The translations under genes were made by a program, and so were the position numbers. From a bacterium (GTDB taxonomy: Bacteria > Patescibacteriota > Minisyncoccia > UBA6257 > GWB1-50-10), in NCBI GenBank assembly GCA_021791395.1, contig JAJYWR010000005.1, positions 21,259 to 85,258 on the forward strand: 64,000 bases of DNA, given 5' to 3'. Positions within the stretch are counted from its first letter, which is position 1. Each line of letters begins with the position of its first letter. The notes under the pieces were generated by a model. That model had not been told where the DNA came from, did no database searches, and saw only the letters and a program-made list of their open reading frames with translations. Below, piece after piece: positions 8,491 to 16,041 of the stretch.

Positions 8491-9448
8491 CCCGGCGGAC
8501 GCCGGCGGCATCTTCCGCTTCCATGAGCTTCACGCGCAATTCTTTCGCGTCGTCGAAGCCGGAAACGTATGCCTTGAAGTGCTTCTTCATGACTTCGAAA
8601 TTCTTGATGCGGTTTTCCGTGTTGCTCTTATACAGTTTTTCGAAAAGCTCCGTATGCCGCACTAATCCTTCAAGCTTCTCCCGAAGATCGGGCACGCGGC
8701 CCGAGAAAAACCACGGATTCCCGAAAACGCCGCGCCCCACCATGACGCCGTCGAGGCCGGTTTCTTTCGCGCGCCGTTTCGCTTCGTCGAGCGATGCAAC
8801 GTCGCCGTTCCCCAAGAGGAGCGTCTTGGGCGCGATCCGGTCCCGCATCTCGACCAGCTTCGGCGCGAGGTCCCAGTGCGCCGGGACTTTCGACATTTCG
8901 CTCCGCGTCCGGAAGTGCATGGTCAAAGCCGCAATTCCCTCTTCGAGGAGCGCCGGCACCCACGTTTCAATCTCGTTCTTTCTGTATCCGATCCGGGTTT
9001 TGACCGAGATCGGCAGATCGGGAACGCTGCGCTTCGCGGCCCGGATGATTTCTTTCGCGAGCGCGGGATCTTTCATGAGTGCGGCTCCCCCGCCGGATTT
9101 TTCAACGCCCGCGTCAGGGCATCCCATGTTGATGTCCAAGCCGTCGAACCCGAGCTCCCGGATCAAGGGACTTATGCGCGCGAATAGTTCCGGCTTGCCG
9201 CCGAAGATCTGCGCAACAATCGGATGTTCCCGCTTGTCGTACCAGAGGTCGGGCAGAAGTTTTTCGCGGCCCTTCGAGAGGAGTCCCTCGGATGAAACGA
9301 ATTCAGTCCAGAAAACATCCGGTCTGCCCAAGTCCGCGAACATCTGCCGGAATGCCGCGTCCGTCACGTTCGCCATGGGTGCGATCGCCATAATCGGTTT
9401 CTTGAGTTTTTTCCAAAACCCCAAATTCGGTTCAGTGTCTCGCTTCAT
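8459..9448 (-). CDS. dus: tRNA-dihydrouridine synthase
   Basis: It carries MAIAPMANVTDAAFRQM and GFDGLDINMGCP (catalytic Cys). The ORF 8459..9490 is trimmed to MKRDTEPN, whose ATG lies inside a 16-bp palindrome. Confidence 0.85.
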   Translation of the reverse strand: MKRDTEPNLGFWKKLKKPIMAIAPMANVTDAAFRQMFADLGRPDVFWTEFVSSEGLLSKGREKLLPDLWYDKREHPIVAQIFGGKPELFARISPLIRELGFDGLDINMGCPDAGVEKSGGGAALMKDPALAKEIIRAAKRSVPDLPISVKTRIGYRKNEIETWVPALLEEGIAALTMHFRTRSEMSKVPAHWDLAPKLVEMRDRIAPKTLLLGNGDVASLDEAKRRAKETGLDGVMVGRGVFGNPWFFSGRVPDLREKLEGLVRHTELFEKLYKSNTENRIKNFEVMKKHFKAYVSGFDDAKELRVKLMEAEDAAGVRRVIEGFLENLS

Positions 9449-9553
9449 ATATATGAAGACAGCGTACCAGAGATGGTACGCTGAGTTCAAATCGCGGCAC
9501 GGATTTATATGGAGCCTTGCCTGTATAAAAATTGGTCAGAAAAAAAACTGCAA

Positions 9554-10621
9554 TTAAACTTGAGGTGCGTTTTCTTGGAAATATCTATTCAAAACCTTCA
9601 CAAATTCTCTCGTGTCCAAAAAATAATTTGGATAAGCCCTATGCAATTCTCTTGTTGTCTCCGCAGAAACGAGAACAATATCTCTATCCTCTTTGTTTTT
9701 TATCATTCTTTCTTCATACTTTGAATACTCAGAATTTGCCAGTTCTTCTTGTGATTTCTTATACGCCGTAATACTTAACTCTCTTGTTGTTAGATCCAGA
9801 TTTAAAAGATAAAAATCATACTTAGCACCCTTCTCTTTTTCGAAATCCTCAATAACCCTATGAATCTTTGTCCATTCGTTCATCTTTTTTACAACCTTTA
9901 ATTTTCTTGCCAGTACCCGTATCTGCTCTCGCAATTCTTGTTTATTTATAGGAGTTTCTGGGACTATAGGCGTTTCTTCCATATTCGCAAATGCAGAACT
10001 AACTAACTTAAAAAAATCCATCCAGTCTTTCTGCCCTTCATTCGATTTTATTGCCTGCCTAGTAAAATGATCCACTGTTTCCACTGCAGTCGCCCAATAA
10101 TGCTGCAACTTTGTCCTTATTTGTATCTCAATTAATAAACCATTATAATTCTCATTTTTATCGCTGAAGTATTTATAAACTAAGTGGACGCTTCTGTAAC
10201 CATCTCTCTTAGGACTTTGAATATGGTCATTTATTTTTGCCAATCCGTGTTTAATCCTGCTTTTTTTATATTTTTCAACAAGATTCTTTACATCACCAAC
10301 ACTTTGCAAAACTGCTCTGCATCCGCCAACATCTTGCATTTGAGACATCTTCATTGTACTGGTTTGTCCACGTCTAAGTTTTTTAATAATAGACGAGATG
10401 CGTTTAAGACGACGCACGACAAGGGCACTTGAATCAACTTGTTTGGATACGTGCTTAAGCCTCACGGCAAATATGTGGAGTGGAAAACTATGCGAAGATC
10501 TCCAATTACTCAAAACGTCCATTGCTTGCCCATACGATGACTGAGAATTATTTACTGCGACGAGAATTTTCCCCGCTTTATTTATCTGATTTTTTGTATA
10601 TTTTAATTTAGTCCATTCCAT
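9554..10621 (-). CDS. RelA/SpoT-homologue synthetase-domain protein (alarmone-synthetase fold only) with a ~150-aa C-terminal extension
   Basis: Synthetase motifs are RLKRISSIIKK, DVGGCR, GYRSVHLVY and EIQIRTKLQHYWA. There is no HD hydrolase, TGS or ACT region. GC is markedly lower than in the flanking genes. Confidence 0.85.
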   Translation of the reverse strand: MEWTKLKYTKNQINKAGKILVAVNNSQSSYGQAMDVLSNWRSSHSFPLHIFAVRLKHVSKQVDSSALVVRRLKRISSIIKKLRRGQTSTMKMSQMQDVGGCRAVLQSVGDVKNLVEKYKKSRIKHGLAKINDHIQSPKRDGYRSVHLVYKYFSDKNENYNGLLIEIQIRTKLQHYWATAVETVDHFTRQAIKSNEGQKDWMDFFKLVSSAFANMEETPIVPETPINKQELREQIRVLARKLKVVKKMNEWTKIHRVIEDFEKEKGAKYDFYLLNLDLTTRELSITAYKKSQEELANSEYSKYEERMIKNKEDRDIVLVSAETTRELHRAYPNYFLDTREFVKVLNRYFQENAPQV

Positions 10622-10777
10622 AACCGTTTCATTTACTATAGGAAGATTAGAACTTGTTGTCGGAGTTAATCTACCTCACCGCCCTCAATTCCGCTTTCTT
10701 GCCTTCCGGAGCTTTTGCGAAGGAGGGCGCACCGCTGGGGAGAGATCTTACCGTCACGGTCTTCCGTGGCGGGAAGA

Positions 10778-11227
10778 TCATTTTCCGATATACATCCGGA
10801 TCCCTTCCAGAATGCCGGATGTGAAATATTCAGCCGGATCAATTTTCGCCAAGTCCAACCATTGATAGCCGGCGTGCTCGCTGCTGATCTTCAATTCTCC
10901 GCCGCCATAGTGGGCCTCAAAGAAAAGATACAGCACATGGATGTCTTTCCCCGAGCTGGTCATCGAAGCCGGGATCAAATGCCTGCCCACGGCGACCGGG
11001 TTCTGCTGGATTTGGAACTCGACATTCCCAATTTCTTCGACTACTTCTCTCGCGATGATGTTTGAAAAATCGGTTTTAAATTCATCTGTATCGATCCGGC
11101 CGCCCGGCAGGTCATAGAAACCGGCATAGCTGCCATTATGAACGGCCTTCAAAGCGAGTATCTTGCCCTCGCTGTTTTTCAGTAAAAGCTTCAGCGATAC
11201 TTGATAAAAATCCTTTTCTTTTTTCAT
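10778..11227 (-). CDS. NUDIX hydrolase
   Basis: The NUDIX box is GGRIDTDEFKTDFSNIIAREVVEEIG. The ORF 10778..11347 is trimmed to MKKEKDFYQV because the extension would read through the tRNA-Ser gene. Confidence 0.85.
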   Translation of the reverse strand: MKKEKDFYQVSLKLLLKNSEGKILALKAVHNGSYAGFYDLPGGRIDTDEFKTDFSNIIAREVVEEIGNVEFQIQQNPVAVGRHLIPASMTSSGKDIHVLYLFFEAHYGGGELKISSEHAGYQWLDLAKIDPAEYFTSGILEGIRMYIGK

Positions 11228-11244
11228 GGCGATTCTCCTGTTTG

Positions 11245-11331
11245 CGGAGGCGGAAGGATTCGAACCTTCGATGCCCTTGCGGGCATAACGGTTTTCAAGA
11301 CCGTCCGTTTCAACCGCTCGCGCACGCCTCC
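11245..11331 (-). tRNA. tRNA-Ser (anticodon UGA)
   Basis: Hand-folded: acceptor GGAGGCG/CGCCTCC, anticodon arm ACGGT-CTTGAAA-ACCGT, long variable arm ATGCCC-GCAA-GGGCAT, T arm GAAGG-TTCGAAT-CCTTC. CCA is not encoded. Confidence 0.9.
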
Positions 11332-11378
11332 CAGTGCTGGGAATCATAAACCAGCACAGAGCTTATATCAAGGAATTT

Positions 11379-11762
11379 TTAGTAGGGCCGATGGAACCTG
11401 CTCCAGGCGCCGAAGCCGAAGAAACTTCCGGCGATACCCGCAACGCTCAAGATAGCGAAGACAAGGAGAATGATCACCACAACCACCACAAGGATTTTTC
11501 CGGCATGGTCGAACACCTTGAAGAAGCCGTCATATTCGGCTTGATGGCTGAACTGCGGGCTCTTTGCCGCAAGATCGTGGCCTTTCACGCCGAGATACAC
11601 CATGAAGACAATCCAGAACGCGATGTTCACGAACGGAACAAGCGCGAGGAGATACCACCAGAGCATCTTGTATTTCTTAATACCGACCAAAAAGGGCGCA
11701 CTGAAGAGGAACGCTCCCCACGACCACCCCGAAGCTGCGACGATATGTTTGTTTTCTTCCAT
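11379..11762 (-). CDS. hypothetical membrane protein (DUF2628-like pattern)
   Basis: It has three or more TM helices and the segment GWSWGAFLFSAPFLVGIKKYKMLWWY. Confidence 0.45.
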   Translation of the reverse strand: MEENKHIVAASGWSWGAFLFSAPFLVGIKKYKMLWWYLLALVPFVNIAFWIVFMVYLGVKGHDLAAKSPQFSHQAEYDGFFKVFDHAGKILVVVVVIILLVFAILSVAGIAGSFFGFGAWSRFHRPY

Positions 11763-11799
11763 AGATTGATTATACCAAATAAAGATGAATAATTGAGGT

Positions 11800-12417
11800 A
11801 TGCTGAAAATCTACCTCGCGCGTCACGGGCAGGACACAGATAATGCCGCGGGCATTTTGAACGGCCGGAGAGACGAACCCTTAACCGACCTTGGCAGGGA
11901 ACAAGCCCGCACGCTTGCGCGAGAGATCAAGGATGCCCACCTCACGTTCGATGCGGTATACACCTCGCCGCTCCAACGGGCGGAAGTAACTGCCAGAACC
12001 GTAACCGACGCGCTCGGCATCGCGCCGCCCGTCATTATGCCAAACCTCATCGAACGGGATTTCGGCATTATGACGGGGAAACTCACAAAAGACATCACGG
12101 CGCTCTGCGCGCCGGATGTCATCCAAGCCGACATTATCACCTATTTCCTTTCGCCCGAGGGAGCGGAAACGTTTCCCGATCTTGTCGAGCGAGGAAAGAA
12201 AGTAATCGGAGAGGTGCGGCGCCGACATCAAGACGGGAACATTCTCCTCGTCGGCCACGGCGACATGGGGAAAATGATCTATGCCGCCTACTACCACTTG
12301 GATTGGCAATCAGTCCTTACCATGTTCCACTTCGGCAATTCAGAACTCCTCCTCCTTTCGGAAGATTCTCCCGCTAAAGCCGCACACGTTTTCACATTCA
12401 AGCAGTTCAACCACTAG
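11800..12417 (+). CDS. histidine phosphatase family protein (phosphoglycerate-mutase-like)
   Basis: The N-terminal motif is LARHGQDTDN (RHG) and a distal LLVGHGDM motif is present. Confidence 0.85.
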   Translation: MLKIYLARHGQDTDNAAGILNGRRDEPLTDLGREQARTLAREIKDAHLTFDAVYTSPLQRAEVTARTVTDALGIAPPVIMPNLIERDFGIMTGKLTKDITALCAPDVIQADIITYFLSPEGAETFPDLVERGKKVIGEVRRRHQDGNILLVGHGDMGKMIYAAYYHLDWQSVLTMFHFGNSELLLLSEDSPAKAAHVFTFKQFNH

Positions 12418-12565
12418 ACACAAAACAACCTATCTGTAGCTTGCCACAAGTGGTTCTACCGTTGGGTATGCGAGTGGTGTTTGTTGGAACCTCTATCTGG
12501 AAGAAGATCAAAAATGACCGGTTGAGCAAATCGACCCAACTCCCCCCTCATGGTATCCTTATGGC

Positions 12566-13066
12566 ATGGGGAAAGAGGAAAATAACTACGCTTTCATCGA
12601 CAGCCAGAATGTCTATCAAGGCATTAAGAGCTTGGGCTGGAATCTTGATTGGGGAAGGTTCAGAAAATATCTCAAAGAGAAATACGCCGTTACGACCGCT
12701 TATCTCTTCATCGGCTTCATGCCGGAACATAACGATATCTATGACGATCTCCAGAAAGCTGGATTTGTTCTCAAATTCAAGCCGGTCCTTCCGAACAGTG
12801 ACGGCGGCGTAAAGGGCAACGTAGATGCCGATTTGGTCCTCCAAGCTATGCTGGACTACGGGAAGTATGATAAGGCAGTCATCATATCAAGCGACGGGGA
12901 TTTCTATTCCCTGGTGCGGCACCTGCACCAGAACGGTAAACTGAAACTCGTGATGAGCCCGTATGTAAAAACCTGCTCGACACTTCTCAAGAAATCAGCC
13001 AAGGAAAAGATCATCTATATGGACAATCTCAAGAAGAAGCTCGGTAAAAGAAAAAGCACCGCTTAG
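12566..13066 (+). CDS. NYN-domain (LabA/DUF88-like) predicted ribonuclease
   Basis: It carries YAFIDSQNV, GNVDADLV and VIISSDGDF acidic motifs. Confidence 0.75.
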   Translation: MGKEENNYAFIDSQNVYQGIKSLGWNLDWGRFRKYLKEKYAVTTAYLFIGFMPEHNDIYDDLQKAGFVLKFKPVLPNSDGGVKGNVDADLVLQAMLDYGKYDKAVIISSDGDFYSLVRHLHQNGKLKLVMSPYVKTCSTLLKKSAKEKIIYMDNLKKKLGKRKSTA

Positions 13067-13369
13067 GGACGGGACCCAAAGAGGTGCTCTTTCATGTGGA
13101 TGTTATTATAATACCCGCCGCTGCGGCGAAGTCAAGGAGCCGTGGATAATCGGGATAAATCGAATTGCGAGTCTCTCTTCATCAAGCATATCCAGCACTT
13201 TCCTGTGAAAGTACACAGGTGGGCTGGGGGGGAAGCGAACGTCGCTCGTCGCTTCCGCCGGCTGGCGGACAACAACTCGCTCCCTAACACCCCTCGGTTT
13301 TAGTATTTCCGCCAAGGGAGACCAGATGTTCTCCCTACCCCTCTCCGGTTCGATTCCCCTCTTAGCCGT

Positions 13370-13409
13370 AAAATATAAACACCCATCGTAAAGATGGGTG
13401 TTTATATTT
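13370..13409. terminator. bidirectional intrinsic terminator hairpin
   Basis: The stem is CACCCATC (13380..13387) paired with GATGGGTG (13393..13400). It is flanked by an A-run upstream and TTTATATTT downstream, and it abuts the 3' end of tRNA-Ala. Confidence 0.6.
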
Positions 13410-13410
13410 G

Positions 13411-13481
13411 TGGACCTACGGGGAATCGAACCCCGACCTCCTCCATGCCATGGAGGCGTAATACCATTTTACTATAAGCCC
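13411..13481 (-). tRNA. tRNA-Ala (anticodon GGC)
   Basis: Hand-folded: acceptor GGGCTTA/TAGGTCC with the G3:U70 Ala identity pair, anticodon arm CCTCC-ATGGCAT-GGAGG, T arm CGGGG-TTCGATT-CCCCG. Confidence 0.9.
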
Positions 13482-13484
13482 CTC

Positions 13485-13559
13485 TGGTGCACCCTGTAGG
13501 GATCGAACCTACGGTCTTTACAATGTCAATGTAACGCTTTACCACTAAGCTAAGGGTGC
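13485..13559 (-). tRNA. tRNA-Val (anticodon GAC), CCA encoded
   Basis: Hand-folded: acceptor GCACCCT/AGGGTGC, anticodon arm TTACA-TTGACAT-TGTAA, T arm GTAGG-TTCGATC-CCTAC, 3' ACCA. Confidence 0.9.
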
Positions 13560-13562
13560 GAC

Positions 13563-13916
13563 TTATTCCCTTTCTTCCTTCAATTTCCTAACAGCTATAT
13601 TAATATCATCGTCGGGATACCGCAAGCAGGCCTCAATGAATCCTTCAATGTCATACGAAGAATTTCCGGACGGCAATGTGCTACCCAGCTTCATGAGGTG
13701 AGTGCTCTTTTCCCTTCCATTCTCGTCCTTCGTCGTGACGATGTAAGTGTCCGGCGTTTCGTCGAAATCGAATTCAAATCCTTCATCCCGCAGCCGGGCG
13801 ATAATTCGCTTCACCTTTTCTTCGGTTTCCTGGGAGATCTTCAGCCCCTCCCGCTCCGGCATTTCCCGCTTGATGGCCATGGGACCATCATACCTCACCC
13901 TTGAAAAAACGACCAA
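13563..13916 (-). CDS. hypothetical small acidic protein
   Basis: The ORF has no recognisable motif and sits between two tRNA clusters. The true start may be MAIKREMPE at 13880. Confidence 0.35.
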   Translation of the reverse strand: MVVFSRVRYDGPMAIKREMPEREGLKISQETEEKVKRIIARLRDEGFEFDFDETPDTYIVTTKDENGREKSTHLMKLGSTLPSGNSSYDIEGFIEACLRYPDDDINIAVRKLKEERE

Positions 13917-13953
13917 TTTTCGGCAATACTTATCTGAGACCGATCAGAGGAGC

Positions 13954-14025
13954 GCCCTCATAGCTCAATGGATAGAGCAGATCCGTCCTAAGGATAAGAT
14001 GTGGGTTCGATTCCTGCTGAGGGCA
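13954..14025 (+). tRNA. tRNA-Arg (anticodon CCU)
   Basis: Hand-folded: acceptor GCCCTCA/TGAGGGC, D arm GCTC-AATGGATA-GAGC, anticodon loop GTCCTAA, T arm GTGGG-TTCGATT-CCTGC. Confidence 0.85.
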
Positions 14026-14037
14026 CCGGGGACGTTT

Positions 14038-14127
14038 GGAGGGTTCGCATAGTGGTCTAGTGCGGCGCACTCGAAATGCGCTTGGGGAGAGATCCCCTCA
14101 CAGGTTCGAATCCTGTACCCTCCGCCA
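14038..14127 (+). tRNA. tRNA-Ser (anticodon CGA), CCA encoded
   Basis: Hand-folded: acceptor GGAGGGT/ACCCTCC, anticodon arm GCGCA-CTCGAAA-TGCGC, long variable arm GGGGA-GAGA-TCCCC, T arm CAGG-TTCGAAT-CCTG, 3' GCCA. Confidence 0.9.
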
Positions 14128-14137
14128 GTTGGGAAAT

Positions 14138-14165
14138 AGCGCATCCAAAACGATGCGCTGTTTCT
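14138..14165 (+). terminator. intrinsic terminator after the tRNA-Arg/tRNA-Ser pair
   Basis: The stem is AGCGCATC (14138..14145) paired with GATGCGCT (14152..14159), followed by GTTTCT. Confidence 0.65.
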
Positions 14166-14198
14166 ATATCCGGCACAGGATTTGAACCTGAAACTTTC

Positions 14199-15632
14199 TT
14201 ACTGATACGTCGCCTTGATCCATGAGAGCAAATCTCGCGCGTCTTTCGCATAGTCATTCGATCCTAAAATAATCATAACGTACGGCCGCTCTTGAGTTGG
14301 GGTGGTGGATGTTGTCGTCGAGGTTGCCGGCGAAATTGATATTTCCGACGACGTTGCCGATGTCGCATCGAGGATCGGGAATTCTCCGTTGAATATTGAC
14401 ATGATGGTCCCGCTCGCCGCACCGTTCTGACCAACTTTCCCGCCCACAAAATCCGGGTTGCCGGCAAAAACGTTGAAATTTTGGAGATGCATAAAAACGC
14501 TCGGCCCATACGCATTCGGATCGTTATTATCTGTCGTCATCTTCAAAATGAAGCTCCGGTTGTTATAGAGGTAGCGCGCGAAGAGATAGAGGTCATGCGC
14601 CGTCGAAACGTCGCCCCAGTCGCTCCCCGATGCGTCCACGAAGTGCGTCTCCGCCATCCCGATTGATTGGGCGGTTTTATTCATCAAACTTACAAAATAC
14701 TTCGGTCCGAGGAAATACGATATGGCGACAGCCGCCTCATTCGACGACTCCTTGAGGAGCGGTTGCAAAAGATCATACAGAGAAAGTGTTTCTCCGGCTT
14801 TCAGCCGCGGAATGGATGTCGGGACAATCATTTGGGGCGTTATCGTGATGGTTCGTTCAATGTTTACATATTCCACCGCGACAAGCGCTGTCATGAGTTT
14901 CGTAAGTGATGCGACAGGAAGGACTTCGTCAGGATTTTTCTCCGCCATCACGAAATTGCTTTCGAGATCCGCGGCGAGATAGCTCCGCGCACCGATCGTC
15001 GGCTCCTGCACCGATTCTTGAAAACTGTCGCTCGTGAAATCATCACTCACGACCAGAACCGGCGTGCCGACGGGAACCGAGTCGTACAACGCTTTTGCAT
15101 CGGAAGTCGAAAGCCGGATGCATCCGCCGGAGTATGTGGAACCGACCGGCGTGCCGTCCGGATAGTACGGCCAGCCGTGGATCAAAAAGTTTCCCTGAAA
15201 GTCCAGCGCCCACGGACTATACACGTGCGCGATACTCGAGTAGTCACTCGGGATTTTTGATTCGACTTTGTAAAGTCCCGTCGGCGTCTCCCACCACGAC
15301 CCCGGCTTTCCCTTTGAAAGGACCGAGACATCTTCCGCAACGGCTCCTTTCTTGAAAAATTGCAGCCGCATCGTCGAGAGATTAACGTAAATGAATGTCG
15401 CTTTTTGCGACGTCAAGCTTGCGAGCACTTGCTCATAGAAATTTGCGTTTTGGAGCGCCGGCCAGGCGCCGTACTGAAACACAATGCCGCCGGGTGTTCC
15501 TGCCGGAAGATTAATCTCGTAGTTGTAGACAATCTCGCGGTAGAACGCGAACGCGCCGAATAAAATCCCCGCAACGATGACGAGGGTTATAATGGCTGCC
15601 CACAGTGGCACGGGGCGACGGAATATTTCCAT
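14199..15632 (-). CDS. membrane-anchored fusion protein: YkuD-type L,D-transpeptidase domain + PBP5/S11-type D-alanyl-D-alanine carboxypeptidase domain
   Basis: It has an N-terminal TM helix. The YkuD catalytic motif is LIHGWPYYPDGTPVGSTYSGGCIRL. The S11 motifs are SLTK (SxxK), SSN (SxN) and a GKVG (KTG-like) motif. Confidence 0.8.
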   Translation of the reverse strand: MEIFRRPVPLWAAIITLVIVAGILFGAFAFYREIVYNYEINLPAGTPGGIVFQYGAWPALQNANFYEQVLASLTSQKATFIYVNLSTMRLQFFKKGAVAEDVSVLSKGKPGSWWETPTGLYKVESKIPSDYSSIAHVYSPWALDFQGNFLIHGWPYYPDGTPVGSTYSGGCIRLSTSDAKALYDSVPVGTPVLVVSDDFTSDSFQESVQEPTIGARSYLAADLESNFVMAEKNPDEVLPVASLTKLMTALVAVEYVNIERTITITPQMIVPTSIPRLKAGETLSLYDLLQPLLKESSNEAAVAISYFLGPKYFVSLMNKTAQSIGMAETHFVDASGSDWGDVSTAHDLYLFARYLYNNRSFILKMTTDNNDPNAYGPSVFMHLQNFNVFAGNPDFVGGKVGQNGAASGTIMSIFNGEFPILDATSATSSEISISPATSTTTSTTPTQERPYVMIILGSNDYAKDARDLLSWIKATYQ

Positions 15633-15654
15633 AACGTTGATTCATTGTACCATC

Positions 15655-16041
15655 ATGCAATACAATGACCATATGTGGCATTTCATAAAAAGTTACGGGA
15701 TTTATTTCCTGACGGGCGGTCTATTCACAACTCTCATCGTCGCGCTTGAAGAGAACGGCGAGCGCCTCCTTTCTGGATTTGCGACGCTGATCCCCGTCTT
15801 CACTCTCGTCGCCTATTTTTTCATCGGCGAATCGAGGGGTGGCGCGGCCGTAGGGCAACATGCATGGTTCGTACTTATCGGCACTATCGTTTCCTGGGTC
15901 CCTTATATGGTTCTCGTCGCGATTCTCGCGCCGAAGATCGGATCGAAGGCCGCAATCGGCGTCGGCCTCCTCGCATTTTTCCTCTGCGCATTTGCGTACC
16001 TTGAGATTGTTTATCACTACCGTCTCTTCGGCGAAGCGTAG
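15655..16041 (+). CDS. small multi-pass membrane protein (GlpM-like pattern)
   Basis: It has four TM helices and the segment LIPVFTLVAYFFIGESRGG. The start is chosen at MQYNDHMW to avoid overlap with the divergent gene. Confidence 0.45.
   Translation: MQYNDHMWHFIKSYGIYFLTGGLFTTLIVALEENGERLLSGFATLIPVFTLVAYFFIGESRGGAAVGQHAWFVLIGTIVSWVPYMVLVAILAPKIGSKAAIGVGLLAFFLCAFAYLEIVYHYRLFGEA

Noticed and set aside
8403-9557. 384-aa plus-strand ORF
   Set aside because: It is entirely antisense to the well-supported dus gene. The translation is Ser/Arg/Pro-rich low complexity with no motifs, which is typical of a shadow ORF on a GC-rich coding strand.
11228-11347. N-terminal extension of the NUDIX ORF (track start at 11347)
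   Set aside because: The extension is the translation of the tRNA-Ser(UGA) gene. An internal ATG at 11227 gives a normal-length NUDIX protein.
12441-12812. 123-aa plus-strand ORF overlapping the NYN gene in another frame
   Set aside because: The NYN-domain frame (12566..13066) has recognisable motifs, while this frame has none.
13347-13357. tRNA T-loop consensus GGTTCGATTCC on the plus strand, considered as a tRNA or the tRNA-like end of a tmRNA
   Set aside because: The flanking 5-mers (TCCGG / CCCCT) cannot form a T stem, and no complementary acceptor strand (GGCTAAG) lies upstream. No tag-like reading frame ending in Ala-Ala is present. It is kept only as a possible tRNA-derived fragment within the structured region.
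13119-13380. RNase P RNA, SRP RNA or 6S RNA assignment for the hairpin-dense region
   Set aside because: I could not find the conserved P4 strands (GAGGAAAGUCC / ACAGAAxxCGGCUUA) in the right order on either strand. I also could not find the SRP helix-8 GGAA tetraloop/AGCAG motif. 6S RNA cannot be judged by eye, so the region is left unclassified.
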